Source of the DNA: Candidatus Brocadiia bacterium
GTDB lineage: Bacteria; Planctomycetota; Brocadiia; SM23-32
NCBI GenBank assembly: GCA_046538485.1
Contig: JBKHIT010000002.1
Span: 32,001-96,000 of the forward strand
Reading direction: 5' to 3'
Length of the DNA stretch: 64,000 nucleotides
Position numbers and translations under genes: made by a program. The notes below the pieces were generated by a model, which made no database searches, was not told the DNA's origin, and was given only the letters and a program-made list of their open reading frames with translations. Positions 29,520 through 38,540 of this stretch are shown here, piece after piece (the stretch's first letter is position 1; every line of letters starts with the position of its first letter).

Positions 29520-31530
29520 AGCGAATCGTCTGAAAAAGAGCCCGACAGGTTTGTCGCCGAGAATAGCTCTTTTTGTCTTCAGTTTTCTGGTTTTTGGCTT
29601 GTTGTATTTTGCAGAAGCTGGAGAACCGGATAATCTTCCCGGAATGGAGGCTACTGAGGAGCGGGGCAAAGATTCGCCAGAACTGGCGCGAAAAGTTAGG
29701 AGTTTGCAGAAGCGCCTGGAGCAAGTTGTTAAACAAAAAAGAAAATTATTGTTCCGGCATTCAGATTTGTATGCCCTGGCACGGTTGAAAGTAGAGAAGG
29801 CATCTACCTTACTTGAACGATATTTGTCAGACACCTATCGGGACCGTTTAATCCAGGAAAACCTGGCTGCAGGGGAACAGATACTTGATGCGCTACTTAA
29901 AGGCAAAGCTCCGCCTCTTGAGAAACATGGGCGTCTGGAACGGGCATACCTGGCATTGAACGATATGTCGGCGCAACCGTATCAGCTGTACGTCCCGGAA
30001 TCATACGATGGGTCAAAACCGTATGGTCTGCTGATTTACCTGCATGGATATGCACGTGAACTGGGCAAAGAGAACTGGGTGCGTCTGATGTACGCGGATG
30101 TGATTGACCAGTACGCGGAAAAAACGAATTGCATTATGCTGATGCCTTTTGCGCGAAGTAATACGGATTTTCAGGGGATCGGCGAAGACGATGTTTTGCG
30201 TGCGATAGACGAAGTAAAATCAGACTTCTCAATTGATGAGGACCGCGTCATTCTGGGGGGCTACTCGATGGGGGGGATGGGCGTTTGGACAATTGGAGGC
30301 CATTATCCCCACCTGTTCGCGGGGTTGTGGGCGATGAGTAGCCGGTCTGACTTTTATATGTGGAAAGATACCAAACCCGAGGAAATCGCCCCGTTCAAAC
30401 GCAAACTGGCCGAGGGGGAATTCGGAGCGAATATGCTTGAAAATTACAGTAATCTGCCGATGCTTATGATGCATGGCAGCGAAGATTTCGGTATTCCCGT
30501 CGGGCAATCCCGTACCATGTACAATCGTTTGAAACAGAAAGGAATGGACGTACAGTATACGGAGATAGAAGGTGAGGGGCATTACTTTTTTTATGATGAA
30601 ACAAAACCCCGGCCCCAGGCCGTGAAATGGCTCAAAAAAGTTGGTGGAAATGACCTGCCCAAAAAGTTTAGTTTTAAGACTTACAATTTAAAATACGACC
30701 TTGCGTATTGGGCGAATTTGCTGGGTTTTGAAGATTGGAGCCGACCGGCCCGCGTTTCCTGCGAGCTGGAGACCGAAAATGCGCGCATCAGACTCAAGAC
30801 CGAGAACGTTATGGCGTTGCGTATCAGGCCGCCCGGCAGGTTGATTTCCCAAAAACAGGACCTGCAAATTGTCTGGAACGGGAAAAAATGCGATGTTGAT
30901 CCGCAGGCGGATGGAAGTTTTGTGATCGGCTCTTACCCGGATGAGAAGGAAAGGGAAAAGAGCCTCTGGAAAACTCCCGATCTTTGTGGTCCGGTTCGTG
31001 AGGCGTTTACGGATCCCTTTATCATGGTCCACGCGGGACAGGAAACCCCGAGCTATCAGCTGGCGATAAGAACGGCCATCGACTGGATGCGTTTTGCAAA
31101 AGGTGTTCCCCAGGTGATACCGGCTTCCGAGGTGACTGAGAATTTGCTGAAGAGTCACAATCTATTTCTGTTTGGAACGCCCGCCGAGAACAAACTGACC
31201 AGGCAGATAATGCCGGATTTGCCAATTACTATTGGTGAAAAAACGATTCAGGTGCGGGACCGGGAGTACGAAACCCAAAAATGCGGATTCTGGATGATTT
31301 ATCCAAACCCGTTATCCCCGGGTAATTACGTGGTTCTCAATGCGGGCATACCATGGGGCCAAAATCTTCCGTATAACCATAAATATGACTTAATACCCGA
31401 TTTCATTGTGTATACCGATGAAGTAAGCGACGAAATTGAATGGTGCAATAAATATTTATGCGCCGGTTTTTTTGACCAGCGATGGCAGGTCAGCGAGAAG
31501 TCAATCTGGTTCTCTAAAGAACCCCGCTAA
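29512..31530 (+). CDS. Exported alpha/beta hydrolase (esterase or S9-peptidase-like)
   Basis: N-terminal hydrophobic segment, QPYQLYVP, IYLHG, nucleophile GYSMGG, HGSED, GEGH. Start 29512 overlaps the trpF stop. Confidence 0.85.
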   Translation: MFEANRLKKSPTGLSPRIALFVFSFLVFGLLYFAEAGEPDNLPGMEATEERGKDSPELARKVRSLQKRLEQVVKQKRKLLFRHSDLYALARLKVEKASTLLERYLSDTYRDRLIQENLAAGEQILDALLKGKAPPLEKHGRLERAYLALNDMSAQPYQLYVPESYDGSKPYGLLIYLHGYARELGKENWVRLMYADVIDQYAEKTNCIMLMPFARSNTDFQGIGEDDVLRAIDEVKSDFSIDEDRVILGGYSMGGMGVWTIGGHYPHLFAGLWAMSSRSDFYMWKDTKPEEIAPFKRKLAEGEFGANMLENYSNLPMLMMHGSEDFGIPVGQSRTMYNRLKQKGMDVQYTEIEGEGHYFFYDETKPRPQAVKWLKKVGGNDLPKKFSFKTYNLKYDLAYWANLLGFEDWSRPARVSCELETENARIRLKTENVMALRIRPPGRLISQKQDLQIVWNGKKCDVDPQADGSFVIGSYPDEKEREKSLWKTPDLCGPVREAFTDPFIMVHAGQETPSYQLAIRTAIDWMRFAKGVPQVIPASEVTENLLKSHNLFLFGTPAENKLTRQIMPDLPITIGEKTIQVRDREYETQKCGFWMIYPNPLSPGNYVVLNAGIPWGQNLPYNHKYDLIPDFIVYTDEVSDEIEWCNKYLCAGFFDQRWQVSEKSIWFSKEPR

Positions 31531-31565
31531 AAGGGACCGAGGGACCAACGGATGAGAGGTCTGAG

Positions 31566-32573
31566 ATGATTGTTCGTAAAAATGGATGCGCAAGGGCCGG
31601 GTTGGTCGGCAACCCTTCAGATGGCTATAACGGCAAGACAATCGCTTTCACGTTCCGCAACTTTCAGGCGGAAGTTACGCTGTGGGAAAGTCCTGATCTC
31701 GAATTGCGACCGGCTCCTCAGGACCGCGCAGTTTTCGATAGCGTTGAGCATTTGACCGAAAGCGTCCAGCGCACGGGGTATTACGGTGGGGTTCGGCTGA
31801 TGAAAGCTGCCGTAACAAAGTTTGCTGAATATTGTGAGCGTAAAGGCATCGAACTCCCCCGGCGCAATTTCACTATGCGGTACAGCACAAACATACCCCG
31901 CCAGGTGGGTCTTGGCGGATCCAGCGCAATCATTACAGCCGCTATGCAGGCATTGCTGGGATTCTACGGGGTCGATATCATGGATCACTGGTTGCCTAAT
32001 GTGGTTCTCTCCGCGGAGACCGAAGAATTGGGTTTGACTGCGGGGCTTCAGGACCGGGTTGCGCAGGCCTATCAGGGCGTAGTTTATATGGATTTTGGCA
32101 AAGAATATATGAAGCAACATGGTTACGGACTTTACGAAAGGTTATCGGCGGAGGCATTGCCGCCGCTCTATATTGCCTACCGTACGGATTTGAGTGAGGA
32201 AAGTGACCAGGCTCATATACGTGTCCGGGAACGCTACGATATGGGCGAAGAAAAAGTCATTGAAACAATGGACAAGATCGCTTCACTGGCGGACGAAGCA
32301 CGCGAGGCTTTGCAGGCAGGACGAACTGAAGATCTGCCTGAGATGATCGACCGCAATTTCGACCTGCGGAGCGAAATATACCCGATCAGCGAGGCGAACA
32401 TGGAAATGGTCCGAAGGGCAAGGGAGACGGGTGCATCGTGCAAGTTTTGCGGATCGGGCGGCGCGGTCGTCGGCACTTTCGACGGTCAAAAAAATGTTGA
32501 AGAATTGCGTCGAACGATGGAAGAAGGTGGCTACAGATTTGTCCTCCCGGAAATCGTCGGGCCCGGTGAGTGA
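31566..32573 (+). CDS. GHMP kinase, glucuronokinase-like
   Basis: ARAGLVGNPSD, GYYGGVRL, NIPRQVGLGGSSAI, AGLQDRVAQ, KFCGSGGAVV; these match my recollection of plant glucuronokinase motifs. Confidence 0.8.
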   Translation: MIVRKNGCARAGLVGNPSDGYNGKTIAFTFRNFQAEVTLWESPDLELRPAPQDRAVFDSVEHLTESVQRTGYYGGVRLMKAAVTKFAEYCERKGIELPRRNFTMRYSTNIPRQVGLGGSSAIITAAMQALLGFYGVDIMDHWLPNVVLSAETEELGLTAGLQDRVAQAYQGVVYMDFGKEYMKQHGYGLYERLSAEALPPLYIAYRTDLSEESDQAHIRVRERYDMGEEKVIETMDKIASLADEAREALQAGRTEDLPEMIDRNFDLRSEIYPISEANMEMVRRARETGASCKFCGSGGAVVGTFDGQKNVEELRRTMEEGGYRFVLPEIVGPGE

Positions 32574-32632
32574 ACAGGCCAAACTTCTCGCGGAAACGCA
32601 CGGCTGTTACTGAAATCAATTTTCAGGTATCA

Positions 32633-35110
32633 CTAGTTTTCTGCCAGCCACATTATAAGCAAACCAGCGCAGCCGTAGAGGACAGCTCCGAGTAACATCA
32701 CGTTTGTCAGACCCGTCCCGGTGGCAAGCAATACCCCGATAGGCGGACCTGCAACCGAAGCAAATCCGTTGACTGCCCATGCCCACGGGATGTACTCCGG
32801 TCGTCTCGCACGCAGGCACGCTATTCCGCTCGGGAAAAAACATCCCATTAGCGTTGCCAGGGGAGCGATTAAGACGATTGCAGTGGTTAAGCGTGCGAGA
32901 ACAGGCCATCCGGCAGCAAAGGCAAAAATTGGCCCCAGGGTCAGTACGAGTCCTATGCTCATAAAAATGATTGCCGCGGAGGCTGACATGACCGTGTGAG
33001 GTGGGGCAAGCGGACTTCGCCCGCTCAGCCAGCTTCCCAAACCGGTAAAAAAAAGGAAAATACTCAAAACCAAACCGGCCGACAATATCGGGTCCCCGAG
33101 AAAATGCGTAAAGCGAATGATCAGGGTCATCTCAAGCACCATGAAGGTTATTCCAAGGGTCAGAAAATAGAGCAGCGTTGGAATCCGGAAACCGGAAGGA
33201 AATTTGATCTGACGGGAAATAAGCAGCGGCAAAACAATCAATATCCCGCCGACCACGATGACTTCTATCAGAACTGCTACAACAGCGACGTAGCCAGGTT
33301 CGGAACGTCTGAACCAGCTTCGACTGTAAACCCGACGAAACTTCGAGATGCTCTCCCAGCGGAAGAAATTATGGAAATAGGGGCGGTCGTCGGTAGGGAC
33401 TTCAACGTTATAAATGTAGTCGCTTAGAAATTGTGCCCGATCGGCCGAGAAAATCTTTCTGGCGGCGTGATGAAGATAGGAATAGGATTTGCCCGGGGGG
33501 CCGGGCACCCGGGCGTATTGCTGGGCGGAGTCGCCCCCGTCGATCGGTAACCAGGGGGTGTCCAGCTGGAGTTCCGCAGCGGTTTGTTTCAGTCGGGCGT
33601 ATCTATTGGCCCCAAAGGGTTTTCGTGAGACGAGGGTGCAAACGGCCAGATAGTTCCGGAGCTGGACGATATGTTGCGCGGGATGACTGCAGCCCCCGGC
33701 TTCCAGAGCCGAGACAAAGGTATTCAGAAGTTTGATGTTTCCACGCGGGGGAGATTGTTTTTGTCGTGTGACGGAAATAACCCCCTCGGGAGACAAATGT
33801 TTCAAACAAAGTTGGAAACTTTCCCGGGTGAGCAAGAAATCTTCGTGAACGGACAAAAGCCCAGCTACACCTGCGGTCATCCCTTCAGCCCCCGCCAGCT
33901 GGATAATATCATAGGTCCGGTCTGTCTGCTCGAGAAAAAGCCGCGGATCGCGCGTAATGACCTCAACGTTTTGCTGCTGAAAGACATGGCCCATAGGTTC
34001 CGCAAGCGACCCATACCACATTTCTACCAGCTGCGGGTTGCGCTGGACCACGGTTATCCGAGAGGCGTCCCAGCGTTTTGCGAGCCACACATTTGTCCCG
34101 TCAGTTTCACCAAGTAACAGCACCCGGGGCTTCTCGATCAGGCGGTGCGCCACGCTCATCGGCGTGTGATCGAGTAACGGGGCCTGAGACGCTTTTCTAA
34201 TCTTTAGAGAAACTCCCCATGGAGAAGCATCACGATACAATCGCAGTTGAGGCGTGTCTCGTTCCGGAGCGGGAGCTGTCCACCCGGCGAAAAGGGTAAA
34301 AGGCGATGTCGTTGTTTCATAGATATCGATGCGTGCGCGTGGGCCAGGGCGGGTAGCGATGTGCTTCGCGTCGGACTGTTTCTCCCACCGACGCGCGGTT
34401 GCCAACCCTTTGTAAGTATCGATTCGCAAATTGAGCCTTTGGACGACCGGCATACACACGATTGCGGTCCCGGCAAGGAGAGGCCACAGAACCGGCCAGA
34501 GTGCGGAATCGGTCTGTTTGAGGTCATGGAATCTCCACAGCACGGCAGCCAGAAGTGCCAGAAGAGAGACGACGTAGATGAGCTTGACTTCCGGCATCAG
34601 GAACATTATGGGAAGAATCAAAAGCCCACCGGCGCCGCTCCCGAAGAGGTTGGCCGCATAAACGAGATGTACTTTCTCTTTGAGGTGGGTCAATGAAAGA
34701 CCGATGACTATGCCGCCGATGAAAAAGGGCAGACTGAGAGCAACGTGGTAGAGCATCAGAAATCCCGCCTGTTCCCAGCTGTAGAGGACATACCGGACAT
34801 CAAGCGGCAGTGCCTGGATGGTGTGGAAAGAGAGTGGGACTGCAACGGCAAGAGCAGATGTCAATGCCGTACACCACGTGGCAAAACGGCGTTCAAGTCG
34901 GTGTCCGATGAAGGTAAGCAGTGTTCCGCTGGCCCCGAAGCCGATGAGTGATGTGCTGATTACGAGGTAGGCAAAATGATGGAACGTTGCGACCGATAGA
35001 CACCGCATCAGGACCAATTCGAGGGCGATGACCGCGCTTGAGATGAGAAAAACAGCGGCAGCTGCCGGCAAAATCCCCGTTATTCCGCTCTCGGATATCT
35101 TTTTTTGCAC
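32633..35110 (-). CDS. Multi-TM protein with an internal spermidine-synthase-like SAM-dependent domain
   Basis: About 7 N-terminal TMs (YAANLFGSG), soluble domain VLLLG...DPRLFL...YDII, PTDDRPYF, about 6 C-terminal TMs (WAWAVNGFASV). Confidence 0.85.
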   Translation of the reverse strand: MQKKISESGITGILPAAAAVFLISSAVIALELVLMRCLSVATFHHFAYLVISTSLIGFGASGTLLTFIGHRLERRFATWCTALTSALAVAVPLSFHTIQALPLDVRYVLYSWEQAGFLMLYHVALSLPFFIGGIVIGLSLTHLKEKVHLVYAANLFGSGAGGLLILPIMFLMPEVKLIYVVSLLALLAAVLWRFHDLKQTDSALWPVLWPLLAGTAIVCMPVVQRLNLRIDTYKGLATARRWEKQSDAKHIATRPGPRARIDIYETTTSPFTLFAGWTAPAPERDTPQLRLYRDASPWGVSLKIRKASQAPLLDHTPMSVAHRLIEKPRVLLLGETDGTNVWLAKRWDASRITVVQRNPQLVEMWYGSLAEPMGHVFQQQNVEVITRDPRLFLEQTDRTYDIIQLAGAEGMTAGVAGLLSVHEDFLLTRESFQLCLKHLSPEGVISVTRQKQSPPRGNIKLLNTFVSALEAGGCSHPAQHIVQLRNYLAVCTLVSRKPFGANRYARLKQTAAELQLDTPWLPIDGGDSAQQYARVPGPPGKSYSYLHHAARKIFSADRAQFLSDYIYNVEVPTDDRPYFHNFFRWESISKFRRVYSRSWFRRSEPGYVAVVAVLIEVIVVGGILIVLPLLISRQIKFPSGFRIPTLLYFLTLGITFMVLEMTLIIRFTHFLGDPILSAGLVLSIFLFFTGLGSWLSGRSPLAPPHTVMSASAAIIFMSIGLVLTLGPIFAFAAGWPVLARLTTAIVLIAPLATLMGCFFPSGIACLRARRPEYIPWAWAVNGFASVAGPPIGVLLATGTGLTNVMLLGAVLYGCAGLLIMWLAEN

Positions 35111-35114
35111 GCGT

Positions 35115-36017
35115 TCACCGGCCTTCTTGTGCTCGACCCGTCATTGGCACGAAACGAACGGCCATCAATTCCTGCGACCGTATTCGCCCTTCGGCGTTCT
35201 TCCGAACTTTTATGAGCGACTGAGTTTCATAGACGCTGCCAACCGGGATTACCATGTGTCCGCCGGGGGCGAGTTGTTTGAGCAACGGGGGAGGTATATG
35301 GCCAGCGCTGCACGTCACGATAATGGCATCAAACGGTGCATGTTCTTCCCAGGCAAAATACCCGTCTCCCTGTTTTGACTTCACATTTCGGTATCCCAAA
35401 CGCTTGAGCCTTTTACTTGCTTGCACGGCCAGCTCTTTGATGATTTCGATGGTATAAACTTTAGACGTAATTTCGGCGAGAACAGCCGCTTGATATCCGC
35501 TTCCCGTCCCTATTTCGAGGACTTTTTCGCCAGGTTCAAGCTCAAGCTGCTCTGTCATGTAGGCGACGATATACGGCTGGGAGATGGTCTGGCCATGTCC
35601 TATCGGCAGGGGGCTATCGCCGTAGGCGTTGCCTGACATCCCCTCTGAAACAAAAGCATGCCGCGGGACTCGACGCATTGCCTGCAGCACTGTTTTGTCA
35701 GTAACCCCACGGCTTTCGATTTGCTCAGTGACCATGCGGCGGCGCTCGTCGGTGCGCTCGCTGAAGGCGGGGGGAGTTTCCGCGGATTTTTGATCGGTTT
35801 CCCTTTTTCCCTGCTGGGGACCGGGCTGGTCGAGGGGAGCCTCAGAAACCGGTGGTTGTTTGACGGGGCGGTTGCGGCTCTGTTCCGGGGGGTTGGGCGG
35901 TCGCCCGGAAGGTTGTCCCAGAGCTAACCAGAGAATGCCGACAATCAGAAAAGTCGCTACCACTGCAGCCACAGCTAACAGTAACAGTCTGGCCGGTTTG
36001 GTCGGAGTTTCGTTCAC
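35115..36017 (-). CDS. pcm: Protein-L-isoaspartate O-methyltransferase with an N-terminal TM and Pro-rich linker
   Basis: VPRHAFV, GQTISQPYIVAYM, VLEIGTGSGYQAA, APFDAIIVT, QLAPGG, VRFVPM. Start set at GTG 36017 (GGAG SD, downstream of the promoter). Confidence 0.92.
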   Translation of the reverse strand: MNETPTKPARLLLLAVAAVVATFLIVGILWLALGQPSGRPPNPPEQSRNRPVKQPPVSEAPLDQPGPQQGKRETDQKSAETPPAFSERTDERRRMVTEQIESRGVTDKTVLQAMRRVPRHAFVSEGMSGNAYGDSPLPIGHGQTISQPYIVAYMTEQLELEPGEKVLEIGTGSGYQAAVLAEITSKVYTIEIIKELAVQASKRLKRLGYRNVKSKQGDGYFAWEEHAPFDAIIVTCSAGHIPPPLLKQLAPGGHMVIPVGSVYETQSLIKVRKNAEGRIRSQELMAVRFVPMTGRAQEGR

Positions 36018-36078
36018 CGTTTGCGCTCCGTAATCCCGGTAAAAATGGGTTGCCCGTTCCGCGACCCGCCACATGTCC

Positions 36079-36107
36079 ATGATAAACGTGGGGAAAGAGG
36101 GTTGCAA
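36079..36107 (-). promoter_or_regulatory. Candidate pcm promoter (TTGCAA-N17-TATCAT)
   Basis: Read from the minus strand; supports the shorter pcm start. Confidence 0.55.
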
Positions 36108-36536
36108 GGTTGTCGTAATATAAACCTCATCTTTTGGTGTCAATGATTCTGTCGGCTTGCAACCCGGCTTTTCGCCCGCGCATCCTGCAGGCTCCAGTCC
36201 AGCTGAGCCCGCCACTCAGCGGGCGAAGCGTGACTTGAGGCGGACAAATGCCGGGAAATGGGCCACCAGGGGACGGGATAAAAGGGTATATAGGCGGCAG
36301 AAAAAGTTCTGGCCTCGGCCGCCCTGTGCTGGTGGGGGCAACGGAGGTGTGGCGGTTCGGCTGACAGACGCATGTAGCACAGGCTCTCCAGCGTGTGGAC
36401 CGGGTCGTCAGACCCGGAGTCGTTGTCGTTTGTTACGGAACGGAATATTTGGCGTGGCGGACAATCGTATCAGCACCGGTTTGTGCATGAACCCCGCCGG
36501 CACATCCGGCTACGGAGTGCGGCGACCGCGAGTCGC

Positions 36537-36774
36537 GGTGGACTACCTGGAAAGGGGTATACCAATGCCAGTGATATTTAAAAATGGCAGGCACCTCTGC
36601 CCAACGAATCCCCCACAGGGGGCGCCGCTGTGCCGTTGTCTTTCGTCGTTTTGTGGTGGACTACCTGGAAGCGGGATGCCAATCCAATGATATTTCAAAA
36701 TGGCAGCCACGTCTGCCCCCAACGAATCCCCCCACAGGGGCCACCGCTTTGCCGTTTGTCTTCCGTCGTTTTGT
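36537..36774. repeat. Two imperfect tandem direct repeats of about 118-120 bp
   Basis: Both units read GGTGGACTACCTGGAA...GATATTT..AAATGGCAG...CCAACGAATCCCCC..CAGGGG...CGTCGTTTTGT; units at 36537-36654 and 36655-36774. Confidence 0.85.
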
Positions 36775-36775
36775 G

Positions 36776-36917
36776 GCGGGCCTTCAGCCCACTTTTTTCC
36801 CAATGCACACCTGTACCCCAGGGCTCCGAGGGCTTTCAGCCGTCTGCACCACGGGCTATTATATACTGCCCTTTCAGGGCATGAGACGGCAGGGCGCGCT
36901 CGGCGATCACGCCCTGC
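36776..36917. repeat. Cluster of REP-like palindromic motifs
   Basis: GCGGGCCTTCAGCCC, CCCAGGGCT, GCCCTTTCAGGGC, and a hairpin GCAGGGCG...CGCCCTGC (36889-36917). Confidence 0.6.
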
Positions 36918-37257
36918 ATGTATGCGGCATCCCGGATACGTGAGGGCCCGGTGGGTTCTGGGAAATGTTCCGGGGCGGTGAACTGTTGCTATCCGGGAAA
37001 ATGCTAAAGAACTGTAGGTCCGCATCGCCGAGGCGGAGCTGCCGTTGGTTGTTTTGCTATTTTGCTCCGAGACCTGCAGGTTTGTGCACCGCGTGCTGAA
37101 CTCCAGCCTCCGGCTGAAGTCCAGTCCGCTCGCGGGTCCGGGCCCGCTTGCAAATCCGCCGGGGTTGTTTGGACGGAAAGCGCGAACCCCTTGTCCTTTC
37201 CGTCGCTTTGGTCCCTTACGTCCGTTTTTTTACGGGCTTCCCGGAAGCAAGGCACAG

Positions 37258-37285
37258 TTGAGTTATGGGAGAGATTTCCTATAAT
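37258..37285 (+). promoter_or_regulatory. Candidate promoter (TTGAGT-N16-TATAAT)
   Basis: Lies upstream of an AAGGAGG SD and ATG 37316. Confidence 0.5.
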
Positions 37286-37315
37286 CATTTCAAACTGCTC
37301 AAAGGAGGTCTGAAG

Positions 37316-38509
37316 ATGCCAGTGCCAAAACCAACTGATATCTGCCTCAGCATTCGGAGTGTTCGCTTTAACGTTCCCGATTCGGACCCAAAATCGTGGG
37401 CTGCGGCGCGTGGCATCATCAAAAAAGTCTCTCCCACCCGAATCGAGTGGTCGTATGTCCGTGATCGGGACAAAATTGATTTTATGAAAGATCGGGCGAA
37501 TGTATTTGTATCGTCACTCAATACCATTTCGCCGCCGGGACATGCATTGGATTTTGACGCGCAGCCCTGTATAGCCCCCTGGATGCGGAAATTCGGATCG
37601 CCGGGGGATCGAAAACCATACATCTGCATGAACAATCCCACGGATTTAGAAAACCGATGTCGGCGCTCAGAAGAACTGATATCCGACGGGGTAACTGACA
37701 CATTTCAATTTGACGACTGGTACGGTAACGCGCAGATGTTCGGTTGGCCGCGGACCCCTTACACACCGACGGCATGTTTCTGCAGCCATTGCATGCGGGA
37801 ATTCGGACGCTACCTCGGACTCGATATAAACTATCGTGAATATCTTGTTGGTCGGGGCATCCGAAGCCGGAAACAGCTGTTTGCGATGGCTGAGCAAGGC
37901 GAGGTGCCCCTTTGGGATGATTTCAAACGGTTTGCCGAACAATCTGTCTACGACTACCTCCGGCGCCTGCGTCAGACGATGGCCCGTCATTTGGGGGAAG
38001 AACCGACCCTGTCTGTCAACGCGACTGTGAATTTCGATCGGATTGATCTTATCAAAGGTCTGGTCGACTATTTGCACGGCGAGACGCGGAATTTCTCTCC
38101 TCAAAATCTCTATCGCATGGCAGCGCTGAGTCGCGAGAAAAACCTTCCCCAGGTCGTTTCAATGTTTCCCGATGTGCCGGCCCGTGAATATCACAGCGAC
38201 GAATTCGTGGCACGAATTCGCAGGGCGATCGCCGTCTGTTACGCGCTTGAAATGGTTCCGCTCTTCCCCTGGGACGTTTATGCGGGGGATCAGCCGCGCT
38301 GGTACGGACGCTGGGAAGAATACCGTGACCCTTACCAGAAAGTGCGCGAATCCCCTCATTGGTTGAAAGACTACAGGTGGACCAGGTTAGAGCAGAAAGA
38401 GGGGAAAGTGATAATTTTTGCCGAGCTGACGGATAATTCGCCCATCGGCATTAAACACATAATAGAAGAAGATGGAACATGGGAGATCGAAGAAGTAATG
38501 TCGGACTGA
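37316..38509 (+). CDS. Hypothetical glycoside-hydrolase-like TIM-barrel protein
   Basis: Strong SD; YICMNNP, FQFDD, CFCSHC (CxCxxC as in GH42-like barrels), LWDDFKRF. Confidence 0.6.
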   Translation: MPVPKPTDICLSIRSVRFNVPDSDPKSWAAARGIIKKVSPTRIEWSYVRDRDKIDFMKDRANVFVSSLNTISPPGHALDFDAQPCIAPWMRKFGSPGDRKPYICMNNPTDLENRCRRSEELISDGVTDTFQFDDWYGNAQMFGWPRTPYTPTACFCSHCMREFGRYLGLDINYREYLVGRGIRSRKQLFAMAEQGEVPLWDDFKRFAEQSVYDYLRRLRQTMARHLGEEPTLSVNATVNFDRIDLIKGLVDYLHGETRNFSPQNLYRMAALSREKNLPQVVSMFPDVPAREYHSDEFVARIRRAIAVCYALEMVPLFPWDVYAGDQPRWYGRWEEYRDPYQKVRESPHWLKDYRWTRLEQKEGKVIIFAELTDNSPIGIKHIIEEDGTWEIEEVMSD

Positions 38510-38540
38510 CATCTTAGTTCCCTGCTTGAAAGGCCGAAAA

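Noticed and set aside
36018..36215. N-terminal 66 codons of the 366-aa pcm ORF
   Set aside because: The region contains a good promoter, and an SD-GTG lies at 36017; the extension looks non-coding.
36537..36774. CRISPR array
   Set aside because: Only two ~119-bp units that are similar along their whole length, with no unique spacers and no cas genes.
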